From positions 1-52,818 of IMG/VR virus record IMGVR_UViG_3300033153_006359: a stretch of 52,818 nucleotides of DNA; one strand, written 5' to 3'. Positions within the stretch are counted from its first letter, which is position 1; the number at the start of each line of letters is the position of its first letter. Shown in pieces: positions 19,661 through 27,994 of the stretch. Position numbers and translations under genes: made by a program. The notes under the pieces are model-generated. The model was not told where the DNA came from and made no database searches. It saw nothing but the letters and a program-made list of their open reading frames with translations. The stretch comes from a virus (Duplodnaviria > Caudoviricetes).

Positions 19661-19896
19661 ACCCTTGGTCTCCTTGGCATTGGTCGCCAGTGTGTTACAG
19701 CTGTAGTAGGGTAGGTATCTCTAGTTCCACATGAGGTTAGCTGTGCATAGAATTGTAGCTCACCACCCCACTCTGGATAACTCAGTAATGCAGGGATGAT
19801 CCTACCATCCTCCTCATATACTAAAACTAACCTGCCCTTCCTAGGCATCTTCTTATCTACGCTGACCCACTTACTCATACTCTTAACTTCCTCCAT
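19657..19896 (-). CDS. DUF551-like phage protein
   Basis: WVSVDKKMP...VLVY...VTHWRPMP signature. Confidence 0.75.
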   Translation of the reverse strand: MEEVKSMSKWVSVDKKMPRKGRLVLVYEEDGRIIPALLSYPEWGGELQFYAQLTSCGTRDTYPTTAVTHWRPMPRRPRV

Positions 19897-20087
19897 ATTG
19901 TTCTAGGTACATCCCTAAGGTACATGTAAGGTAGCCACTGTAGCATCAGATCATACCAACTAATCTTACTAAGAGGTATGACTCCACTCCAGTACTCTCT
20001 GTAGCAGCATATAGTATCTCCCTTGAGATACACTTCCTTACTTCTGCTCATACTTACCACATTCGCTAGAGAAGTCTGTGAATGCAA
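19875..20087 (-). CDS. hypothetical protein (start uncertain)
   Basis: ORF fills the gap in the cluster. Confidence 0.35.
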   Translation of the reverse strand: MHSQTSLANVVSMSRSKEVYLKGDTICCYREYWSGVIPLSKISWYDLMLQWLPYMYLRDVPRTIWRKLRV

Positions 20088-20316
20088 TAGGTAATCCTAC
20101 ATGCTCTGCATTCTTCTGATCTACCTCACCGAGCATCCGTGGACACCCCTCATTACTGCATGTATAGCTCTTACTACACCATCCTCTATCTTTATAACAT
20201 ATCATATCCTTATAACCTCCACAATAATTACAACCTATACTTGGTATTATTAACCCACCACATGGGCAACACCACATCATACGATAGTACCCCCTAGCAG
20301 ATAACTCTCTGTCCAA
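20038..20316 (-). CDS. Cys-rich hypothetical protein (start uncertain)
   Basis: MICYKDR.WC...C....C.R...FTDFSSEC pattern. Confidence 0.5.
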   Translation of the reverse strand: MDRELSARGYYRMMWCCPCGGLIIPSIGCNYCGGYKDMICYKDRGWCSKSYTCSNEGCPRMLGEVDQKNAEHVGLPIAFTDFSSECGKYEQK

Positions 20317-20501
20317 TGGTAGTACCTTAGCTTATCCTCTGCCATATCCTCGAACATCTCATCTGCCATCTGCTTCACAGTCACTTCCTTATCTAGTATA
20401 GAACTACGTACTGACCACTCTAGTACACCGAAGGGTGTAATCGTCAAGGTGTAGCCAGTGTGTCCTAAGTTACTAGCTAGCTCCCCATATCCCTCACTCA
20501 T
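20277..20501 (-). CDS. hypothetical protein
   Basis: Overlaps the dut stop codon. Confidence 0.45.
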   Translation of the reverse strand: MSEGYGELASNLGHTGYTLTITPFGVLEWSVRSSILDKEVTVKQMADEMFEDMAEDKLRYYHWTESYLLGGTIV

Positions 20502-20913
20502 CTGTACTACCGAAGCTGCCTGAGCCCCTATGCGTCTCCCCTAACCCACTCACAGTCTCTGTGGCGATAAGTTGAGGGTGTGAGATAGGTGTGATGAGGA
20601 GCTGGAAGTAGCGTACATCTTTCTCTAGCAGAGCTACTGAGTAGTGAGAGTAGTTCTTTACATTAGCCTTAATCTCCCCTCTGTAGTCCTCATCTATCAC
20701 ACCAGTGATTACCTCTACATTCAGCTTACTTGGTAGAGAGCTACGATGTGTCAAGATACCTACATGATTAGGTGGGATAGCTAAATGAATACCCGTTGGT
20801 ACTAACCTAGACTCATGGGGATTTAGAGTTATAGTCTTTGTACTCACCATATCATACCCAGCAGCTAGTGCTTGTCTCTCTAGTACACCACCATTCTTAT
20901 TATACACCTTCAT
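20494..20913 (-). CDS. dut: trimeric dUTPase
   Basis: AGYD, VPTG, RSSL, GVIDEDYRGEI, RGSGSFGST motifs. Confidence 0.93.
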   Translation of the reverse strand: MKVYNKNGGVLERQALAAGYDMVSTKTITLNPHESRLVPTGIHLAIPPNHVGILTHRSSLPSKLNVEVITGVIDEDYRGEIKANVKNYSHYSVALLEKDVRYFQLLITPISHPQLIATETVSGLGETHRGSGSFGSTDE

Positions 20914-21167
20914 ATCTTACCCTCCTTATGTCCACGCTTCTTCTCTCTAGTAAGCATCTTCTTCTCCTTCATCTTCTGCTCAGCTCTCCGTGCCTGTGAG
21001 ATAGCATTACCGAAGCTAGTTAGGACAATGCCCAACTCCTCTGGTGTAAGCATAAGCTCTACCTCATTGCTTATGTTAGCCAGTGTAAGTTGGGCATTCC
21101 CGAATGCATCAGTAGCTAATTCAAGACGACCGAAGGTGCTAGTCTTAAGCCGTACTACCTGATCCAT
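20910..21167 (-). CDS. hypothetical protein
   Basis: GGAGG SD, overlaps neighbours. Confidence 0.55.
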   Translation of the reverse strand: MDQVVRLKTSTFGRLELATDAFGNAQLTLANISNEVELMLTPEELGIVLTSFGNAISQARRAEQKMKEKKMLTREKKRGHKEGKI

Positions 21168-21387
21168 TATTCAACCTCCGTAAGTACCACTCAGACTTTC
21201 GTAAGTCCTTCGTCGTACTACCTTTAAAGGGAGCACGTAAGATATACTTAAGTACATTCCCTAGTGCATACATCTGTTGCTCACTAAGCTTACCATGATA
21301 GTTACCTAGTACATGCTCAATGACATCTATAGCTTCCATACCACCTACTATATCTTGGTAATGCTCAGGCTTATTAACATCATCCAT
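21145..21387 (-). CDS. DUF3310 / T7 gp1.7-like nucleotide kinase family protein
   Basis: DDVNKPEHY...EAIDVI...GNVLKYILRA..KG...DLRKSEWYL. Confidence 0.85.
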   Translation of the reverse strand: MDDVNKPEHYQDIVGGMEAIDVIEHVLGNYHGKLSEQQMYALGNVLKYILRAPFKGSTTKDLRKSEWYLRRLNNGSGSTA

Positions 21388-21880
21388 CTAATCTCTCCCA
21401 GTATCCACAAGACTTCAGCTCGTGGCACCCTTGTCTATACAGGCAATCCGGAACCATGAACTTCGCTAGAGAGGAGTCAACTCCAGAGATCTTTAGCTTA
21501 ATCTCATTCATAACTTGGAAGGTATCAGTAGATGCCTTGTAACATAGACGCTTCCTTGAGATATTGATAAGAGCCTCAGCATTCACAAGCATACTGTGCT
21601 TAACTAAGGAGTACCTTCCATCATCTAAGGAGCCTCCTCTATCCTCTCGTCTACTAGATACGAAGTGAGTTACCCCTATGTTATGCCTTACTAGATGAGT
21701 AGATACATAGCTATACACATCTGTAATCTCTATCCAAAATAGTTGGGTACGTATTGGCGAGTGCTGGCATTCATAGATCTTCTCAAGACTCATCTTAGAA
21801 TCTATCTCCTCTAGTACAGTAGCCTCAATGGCTCTGTGCATCAATGAGATATCCGTTAGCTTCTTCACCTTGACTCTCAT
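21380..21880 (-). CDS. thyX: ThyX/Thy1-like flavin-dependent thymidylate synthase (short phage form)
   Basis: HSPIR, VSTHLVRH......SSRR, LINISRKRLC..A...T, VPDCLY..GCHE. Confidence 0.7.
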   Translation of the reverse strand: MRVKVKKLTDISLMHRAIEATVLEEIDSKMSLEKIYECQHSPIRTQLFWIEITDVYSYVSTHLVRHNIGVTHFVSSRREDRGGSLDDGRYSLVKHSMLVNAEALINISRKRLCYKASTDTFQVMNEIKLKISGVDSSLAKFMVPDCLYRQGCHELKSCGYWERLDG

Positions 21881-22440
21881 GGCAACTCCCTCAGTACCTC
21901 TTGAAGAGTGTATGCAGTACCTCGACAGGCTTCCTTCAACCCTCTTACAAAGATCTTAGGAACCATACCATTCATACACATAGGCTTACCAGATGGGAGG
22001 GAGCGTAAGATCATAGCTCGAATCAACTCATGCTCCAGTACAGATGCCTGATCATTATCCTCTACGTTAGCAAGGATAGTATAGCGTAAGCTATGCCCCT
22101 CATCAAGCCTAGCTTGCACTACCTTAGAGCTACTAGTATAGAACTCCCAGTTGCTATCGATATCTCGTGCCTTAGTGAACTGATTGTAATACTTATAAGC
22201 CTTACGACCTATATAGATTTCTTCTGTATCTAGATCAACTACACTATAGATGAAACCATACTTACCCTCATCAACATCTCCGAGCCAGTGGTGCCCCCTC
22301 AGCTGATTATCTCTAGCGAAGACTGCCTCCTCCACAGTATCATATGTACCTACATACTCCAGGCTCTCGCCTTCCCATGTGTATGTCTTGTACTTCCCTG
22401 ACTTACGTTGGTACACCCCTTTAGGTAGCTCTCTAGCCAT
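21877..22440 (-). CDS. AP2-like domain + GIY-YIG endonuclease
   Basis: LPKGVYQRKSGKY...YVGTYDTVEEAVFARD (AP2-like); YGFIY...IYIGRK...SNWEFYTSSS (GIY-YIG). Confidence 0.7.
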   Translation of the reverse strand: MARELPKGVYQRKSGKYKTYTWEGESLEYVGTYDTVEEAVFARDNQLRGHHWLGDVDEGKYGFIYSVVDLDTEEIYIGRKAYKYYNQFTKARDIDSNWEFYTSSSKVVQARLDEGHSLRYTILANVEDNDQASVLEHELIRAMILRSLPSGKPMCMNGMVPKIFVRGLKEACRGTAYTLQEVLRELP

Positions 22441-22441
22441 C

Positions 22442-22831
22442 TTAATTCTCCTCTATAGATGCACCTAAGAGTGCACCGATGAGAGTATAGATCTTACCGG
22501 ACTTATCATTCTTCTTGATGAAGGGCTCGAACTCAGCAAGGGTAGCAAGTATAGCAAAGGCTCTCTTACCATCCTTCTTCTTATACTTAGTCCAGTCAAG
22601 CTGCTCAGAGATAGTGTCAACCATACCGCTGACCTCAGAGAGAATCTTACTGGCACTTACTGCTTCCTCTGAGAAACCTTCCTGCTCAGCAATGTACTCA
22701 AGGGAGACAGCTACCTTCTCTCGTCCGTACTTCTCGATCATAAGTAACATAGCTTCATCAGGCCCTATATTCATCTCATATGCTAACTTGAACTCTGCTG
22801 CCATCTGCTTAATCTCATCATTTACTTTCAT
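22442..22831 (-). CDS. hypothetical protein
   Basis: 129-aa ORF, AGGAG SD, ATGA-coupled. Confidence 0.6.
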   Translation of the reverse strand: MKVNDEIKQMAAEFKLAYEMNIGPDEAMLLMIEKYGREKVAVSLEYIAEQEGFSEEAVSASKILSEVSGMVDTISEQLDWTKYKKKDGKRAFAILATLAEFEPFIKKNDKSGKIYTLIGALLGASIEEN

Positions 22832-23259
22832 CGCTTATATCTCCTATCGATATTCTTTCTATATTTCTTTAGCTCTAAGTTCATATACTCAGAACCCTTA
22901 TTGACTAACCGCTTCTCTAGCAGTATCCTTACGAACTGTCTATCATCTACCTTGACACCTTGCTTATTCAACCACTCCATTACACAATCTTCAATGGCCT
23001 TAAGACAATTACTTAGATCGGATAAGGGAGATGATACACCTACCTTCATATACAGTTGCAGGTTCCCACATAAGGCTACTGATCTACCATCATATTCTCT
23101 AGAGAGGTAGCCTAGTACATCCTTCCGGAACCTCTTGTAGTATACACTACGATGCTTACGTCCTCCATAGATCTTGTTTGTACTCAGTGCCTTGTATGGT
23201 AGCTTCAATTGGATACCATGTCTTGCCCTCTTCTTCGGTGGGCTACCCTTACCCCTCAC
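22828..23259 (-). CDS. rusA: RusA-like Holliday junction resolvase
   Basis: LPY..LSTN..Y...SDLSNCLKAIED...DDRQ. Confidence 0.7.
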   Translation of the reverse strand: MRGKGSPPKKRARHGIQLKLPYKALSTNKIYGGRKHRSVYYKRFRKDVLGYLSREYDGRSVALCGNLQLYMKVGVSSPLSDLSNCLKAIEDCVMEWLNKQGVKVDDRQFVRILLEKRLVNKGSEYMNLELKKYRKNIDRRYKR

Positions 23260-24218
23260 CAGCGTATCCCCTTATCATCCTTGGGTAGTATCCACTTATC
23301 CTTATAGCTACGTACTAGGTATACGAGTCTAGCTGTCTGCTGTATCCATAAGAAGATACGCTTATGGTACTCAGCCTCCGTCTCTCCATCCCTCTGCTTC
23401 TCCTTAGTACAGTAGAGCTTGTGCATCATCTTGACGAGTGTGAAGTCATCAGTCTTAAGCCAATCTACGCTAGCGAAGGCCTTCTTAAAGCCTACCTTAC
23501 CTAACCCTCTTGGTGTCTTGATATTGTCCGTACTATCACCAGCAGCTATCTGCTCCCACAGATTATACCTCCCACCTATATCTGTAACTACCGTATGCTT
23601 ACCTGTATAATCGCTGAACTTCCCTCGGATCTGCTTAAGATCCTTATCTACTCCAACGATTACCCATGGCTCAGCAGCCTCCTCTAACTCCTTAGCTCGT
23701 ATGATAACCATGTCATCAGCCTCGTACCCTACTACTGTACGGGCACCTACGTTCTCCTCAAGCCATACCTTACATGCAGTGAGGTGCTCAGGTCTCCGCT
23801 TACCCTTACGATTAGCCTTGTATGTACTCAGTACATCATCTCTGAAGTTCCCCTTAGGTGTCAGGTAGTACTCACATTTGTTCTTACTGAAGATAACTAA
23901 CTTACTCTTCAGTATCTTGATAGCATTCTCCACTGGCTCAGGCTCCCATCGCTGCTCATACCTAAGCCCTGTGCTACTGAAGCTCTTCTCAGCTAGCACT
24001 GCATCCTTCTTATACTTGTATGGCCCAATCTCCTTAGTGCCCTCCACGAGCCACCACTGTGACCCATCGGTCACAGCAGCAGCAGTGTACGCTAATGTGT
24101 CGGCGTCCAAAAGTAGTATATCCTTAGGGTTAAAGGGTGTCGGCTTAAGTGCTTTGTGTATCTCTGTGATTGCCTCTGTAGTAGAAGGGTCACTCATCTT
24201 TGTTAAGTCATCAAACAC
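23256..24218 (-). CDS. 5'-3' exonuclease (T7 gp6-like)
   Basis: LLDAD.LAY, NFR....YKANR....P, EADD, DKDLKQI.G, GDSTDNI...GLGK. Confidence 0.9.
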   Translation of the reverse strand: MFDDLTKMSDPSTTEAITEIHKALKPTPFNPKDILLLDADTLAYTAAAVTDGSQWWLVEGTKEIGPYKYKKDAVLAEKSFSSTGLRYEQRWEPEPVENAIKILKSKLVIFSKNKCEYYLTPKGNFRDDVLSTYKANRKGKRRPEHLTACKVWLEENVGARTVVGYEADDMVIIRAKELEEAAEPWVIVGVDKDLKQIRGKFSDYTGKHTVVTDIGGRYNLWEQIAAGDSTDNIKTPRGLGKVGFKKAFASVDWLKTDDFTLVKMMHKLYCTKEKQRDGETEAEYHKRIFLWIQQTARLVYLVRSYKDKWILPKDDKGIRW

Positions 24219-24759
24219 ATCTTCTCCTTATATATGATAAGACACCCTCAGCTTTATATACTTCCTCCTGAAGGTGTCCAACTGCCTTATTACAATCACC
24301 GCAAAGTAATGCCCTAACCTCACCGGAGCTGTGATCGTGATCAACTACTGGTTCCTCTAGCCAATCTCCACAACTATCACAACGCCCTCCCTGACTCTCC
24401 ATCATCTCCCTGTACTTCTCTTCAGAGAGTTTATATGTAGTCATCAGGTTCCATATCTTAGTCTGATACTTACCCTTATCTGTCTTAGCGTGTGCCTTCT
24501 TCTTAGCTATGACATCTGGCTTCTGACTGTAGAGCTTCTTAGTTGCGGCCCTACCTGCCTTCACATCATCAGGCACCGAGTGGTAAGCTTTCTTCCTCCT
24601 CTCAGAAAGCTTACCTTGATCTAGGTCATCCCTATATTTCTTAGCTCTAAGATTATAGCATACCTTACAAAGAGTATTATGTCTTCCACCTTTGTTAGGT
24701 TTAATCTTAGGGAACTCTTCTAACTCCTTCATCTCTCCGCATGTCTTACATAACCGCAT
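24211..24759 (-). CDS. Endonuclease VII-type HNH homing endonuclease
   Basis: CKTC...CKVC; QGGRCDSC...VDHDHSSGEVRALLCGDCNKAVG. Confidence 0.88.
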   Translation of the reverse strand: MRLCKTCGEMKELEEFPKIKPNKGGRHNTLCKVCYNLRAKKYRDDLDQGKLSERRKKAYHSVPDDVKAGRAATKKLYSQKPDVIAKKKAHAKTDKGKYQTKIWNLMTTYKLSEEKYREMMESQGGRCDSCGDWLEEPVVDHDHSSGEVRALLCGDCNKAVGHLQEEVYKAEGVLSYIRRRCV

Positions 24760-24766
24760 CTTAATC

Positions 24767-24804
24767 TCCTCTTGTTTAAGTTATACTTCCTGGCTACAAG
24801 AGGA
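24767..24804 (-). promoter_or_regulatory. hairpin sequestering the Shine-Dalgarno of the endonuclease
   Basis: mRNA UCCUCUUGU-20 nt-ACAAGAGGA(G) directly before AUG 24759. Confidence 0.55.
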
Positions 24805-24854
24805 TACTATCACAACTATGCAGATACTGTTTGCTTCGATGTGTGTCTGCATCC

Positions 24855-25328
24855 TTATGCGAAGCTCCCTTCCTCATCTACATCAGTGAAGCCACCAGCC
24901 CCCTTATACTCAACGAGATCAAGGACTTGGATACCCTTGATGTATGTAGAGATGAAGCCTGTATCCCAGTTCTTAGCAGAGATATTGATATTACATACGG
25001 AGCCATTACCGATCTCATCAGTAATCAAGGTACGTCCATCACGACCAACGATAAAGATAGGAGCCTTCAAGGTAGTACCATCCTTCTCGAACTTAGCTCG
25101 CTTAGGGTTGACGAAGAATCCATCATCGTCCTCCTTGATAAGGAAGCCAGCCTTCTTCATCTCAGCTGCCAGCTTCTTTGGAAGGTATACACAGATGCCG
25201 AACTTCTCAGGTGCTCCCTTATACGAATCTCCTTGATGGGGCTGAACCTTAGCCCACTTAACTGGTGCATTCATGAGTGGGAAGTCTACGTAGTCATCAT
25301 ACTTCTTATCGATTGTAACTTTAGCCAT
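24855..25328 (-). CDS. single-stranded DNA-binding protein (T7 gp2.5-like)
   Basis: WAKV..P, IGNGS.C.I, GIQVLDLVEY, acidic tail ending near Phe. Confidence 0.8.
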   Translation of the reverse strand: MAKVTIDKKYDDYVDFPLMNAPVKWAKVQPHQGDSYKGAPEKFGICVYLPKKLAAEMKKAGFLIKEDDDGFFVNPKRAKFEKDGTTLKAPIFIVGRDGRTLITDEIGNGSVCNINISAKNWDTGFISTYIKGIQVLDLVEYKGAGGFTDVDEEGSFA

Positions 25329-25393
25329 GCTCTATTCCTCCTAAGGAATTTAATTAGCGGATAGTATATAAGTACCGAAGTGGAACTTATAGT

Positions 25394-25924
25394 TTACTTA
25401 TACTCTTTACTCTCTTGTTCTACTAGTGCTGCTCTAATCTGCTTAACTCTCTTAGTGATCATAGATTTATGTACACCCATCATCACCGCTATGTCCTGCT
25501 TATCTATACCCTCCCCTAACTTATCAAGTACGATCTGGTTCTTCTTATTCAATGTTCCTCTCAACTTCGCTAGAGAGGAACGAGCCTCTGTCTGCTTAGT
25601 TGTATCCTCCGTGTAGTGTTGTAGATCAAAGGACATATTACTTATACAAGTAGGTATCCTCTTGAATGTATCTGTACCATGTCTATGTGGCAGATGCTTA
25701 CGGTTAACATAGTTCCGTAGATGATTATGTAGATACCACTTGATGAAGGAGTATACAGAGACACCCCTACTCTCATCAAAGTCGTATATCTTAACCATTG
25801 TGTACTCCTCAGCTATACTCCTTAACTCATTAGGTTCTAGCCCTTGCCCTGCATACATCTTAAGTATCTTCCTTACTGCATTGTGCTGTATAGCTCCTAG
25901 TATCTTTGGATTCAGTGTCTCCAT
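25394..25924 (-). CDS. phage sigma-70-like transcription factor
   Basis: Region-2-like YDFDESRGVSVYSFIKWYLHNHLRNY and region-4 HTH KQDIAVMMGVHKSMITKRVKQIR. Confidence 0.75.
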   Translation of the reverse strand: METLNPKILGAIQHNAVRKILKMYAGQGLEPNELRSIAEEYTMVKIYDFDESRGVSVYSFIKWYLHNHLRNYVNRKHLPHRHGTDTFKRIPTCISNMSFDLQHYTEDTTKQTEARSSLAKLRGTLNKKNQIVLDKLGEGIDKQDIAVMMGVHKSMITKRVKQIRAALVEQESKEYK

Positions 25925-27837
25925 TAGTGTGTCTCCTTCCAGTTATACCCTATCTTAGCCTCGGCTGTGACAGGTACCTTGATGCCTAACTCCTCTCCTG
26001 TATACTCAGCTAGGGCACTGAACTTACTACCTAACATCTCAGCACCAGACAGAGTACCGGAGTACTCTACCTGTATCTCATCGTGCATGCTGATGATCTG
26101 GTATGCTCTCTCAGGCATAGCCTCATCCATCTTAAGCATCCATATCTTAAAGATGACAGCTGCTGTAGTCTGGATCAAACAGTTAAGTAGCTTATGCTTA
26201 CTCCTTACATAGATCCTAGATCCATCAAGAGGATTACGTATGAACTTACTACTATTACTCTTGTAACCCAGCTCAAGATCCTTCAGCAGTTCCTTAACAG
26301 CTGGGTACTTCTTATAGAAGGCAGTCTTAATCTTCTTACCCTCTGACTCTGAGCACCCCTTGATAGCAGCTAGCTTAGCAGGGCCAGCACCATACATAGA
26401 TGCATACAAGATACTCTTTGCTGTATCCCTATCGACACCCCACAGTACAGCGTTAGCATCATGGAAGTCACCAGTCATGATGGACTTCGCTAGAGAATCT
26501 CCTTCCGTATACTTATGACAGAAGTGAGCCAGTACTACAGCCTCGATACCAGAGAGATCTATACCAAGCATCCTCTTACCCTTGCCTGCTGTGAAGAGCT
26601 CCCTTATCTCCTTACCATACGGAGTCTTAGGTCTAGGTATATTCACTACACCGTAGTGTCTGTACCTTCTCGTTGGTGTACCGCATGTCATACCATCAGC
26701 ACTGATCCGCTTATCCTTACGATGCCATACCTCTCCAAGGATACCACAGATACGACCATCCTTCTTCCGTACATTCAGAAGCATACTCCTTCGATGCTTC
26801 GTAATATTATACTGAGCTATCAGCTTACCCACTCCATCGGGCAGTGAGTGGTAGCTATCCTCCGTAAGCTTCGGGCCTGTCTTCCGGAACTCACCAGTAA
26901 TCTTATCCTTCACCACGTTCCACTCAGTGGGTACCCAGCCTAAGCTAAGTAAGTACTTAGTTACTTCTTGGTGGCTATTGAGATTGAACTTATGTATATC
27001 AACCTTATTGTAAGGGCCTTGAGCTGGTTGTTCTCCCTCGAAGTACTTAAGGTTATTAACTGTATAGTGACCATCCTTCTTCACTGCCTTCTGACCTAGT
27101 AGTAATAAGTGCGTATCATCTAAGCCTACATCTACCTTACTCTCAATCTCTGCCCTCAACAACCCTGCTTTAATTAAGGATAGAGAAGGTATCCTAATCT
27201 CCGGAGGAATCTCCCTCGTTATCTCCTCCCCTAATTCCTTACACTTCTTATCAAGGACATGATACAGCTTGACACCCTTATCGATATCAATGCGTACCCC
27301 TCTCACTGCTTGGTGAGCATGTATCCACAGCACCTCTTGCTCTAGTTCGAGGGCCTTAAGCTCCTCACTGTATCCATCCTGTGCTATGAGTCTCTTGTAT
27401 ATCTCTACGTTTATAATGACATCGGACTCGCACCGCCATCCCATCTCAGCAGTGTATGTACTCCAGTCCTCATGCTCTACCTTCTGTTGCTCTAAGCTGT
27501 ACCTCTTAGCTAAGTTCGCTAGAGAGTGGGAAGGTGCTTCTGGATTCAAGAGGCAATCAAGTACCAGCGTATCTGTTATCTGTACACCATCTCCAACCTT
27601 CCACTTGTAATGCTTAAGGAACATAGGTAGATCATAGCCTACTATGTTATGCCCTACTAGGTGAGTAGCTGTAGCTAGATAAGCAAGGCCTGCCTCTAAC
27701 TCACTCGGCCCCCATAGACATGCCTTGCCATCCTCCATGCAGTACGTAGATATACAGTGTATCTTCGTACTCTCCCTTAATAAATTATCGCTCTCCATAT
27801 CGAAGATGATAGTCTTCTCCTTACTCTTACTCATCAT
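25924..27837 (-). CDS. polA: family A DNA polymerase (T7 gp5-like) with 3'-5' exonuclease
   Basis: FDMES, VGHNIVGYD, FNLNS...GWVPT, GIDLSGIE, RDTAKSILYASMYGAG, MHDE. Confidence 0.95.
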   Translation of the reverse strand: MMSKSKEKTIIFDMESDNLLRESTKIHCISTYCMEDGKACLWGPSELEAGLAYLATATHLVGHNIVGYDLPMFLKHYKWKVGDGVQITDTLVLDCLLNPEAPSHSLANLAKRYSLEQQKVEHEDWSTYTAEMGWRCESDVIINVEIYKRLIAQDGYSEELKALELEQEVLWIHAHQAVRGVRIDIDKGVKLYHVLDKKCKELGEEITREIPPEIRIPSLSLIKAGLLRAEIESKVDVGLDDTHLLLLGQKAVKKDGHYTVNNLKYFEGEQPAQGPYNKVDIHKFNLNSHQEVTKYLLSLGWVPTEWNVVKDKITGEFRKTGPKLTEDSYHSLPDGVGKLIAQYNITKHRRSMLLNVRKKDGRICGILGEVWHRKDKRISADGMTCGTPTRRYRHYGVVNIPRPKTPYGKEIRELFTAGKGKRMLGIDLSGIEAVVLAHFCHKYTEGDSLAKSIMTGDFHDANAVLWGVDRDTAKSILYASMYGAGPAKLAAIKGCSESEGKKIKTAFYKKYPAVKELLKDLELGYKSNSSKFIRNPLDGSRIYVRSKHKLLNCLIQTTAAVIFKIWMLKMDEAMPERAYQIISMHDEIQVEYSGTLSGAEMLGSKFSALAEYTGEELGIKVPVTAEAKIGYNWKETH

Positions 27838-27986
27838 ACCTCCTCTGTATCTCTATCACCTATCTCCTTTACAATCTCCTTCAACTGCATACGTAACTCT
27901 ATAACCTCTGATTCTAATGCGTCCATCTGTGAGCATACATCCTCAGCCTCTGAGTGTAGCTCCTCTGTACTTAGTGTATCAAACAT
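27834..27986 (-). CDS. 50-aa acidic coiled-coil protein (not in the ORF track)
   Basis: Own translation MFDTLSTEELHSEAED...DTEEV*; AGGAGG SD; ATGA overlap with polA. Confidence 0.6.
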   Translation of the reverse strand: MFDTLSTEELHSEAEDVCSQMDALESEVIELRMQLKEIVKEIGDRDTEEV

Positions 27987-27994
27987 AATACCTC

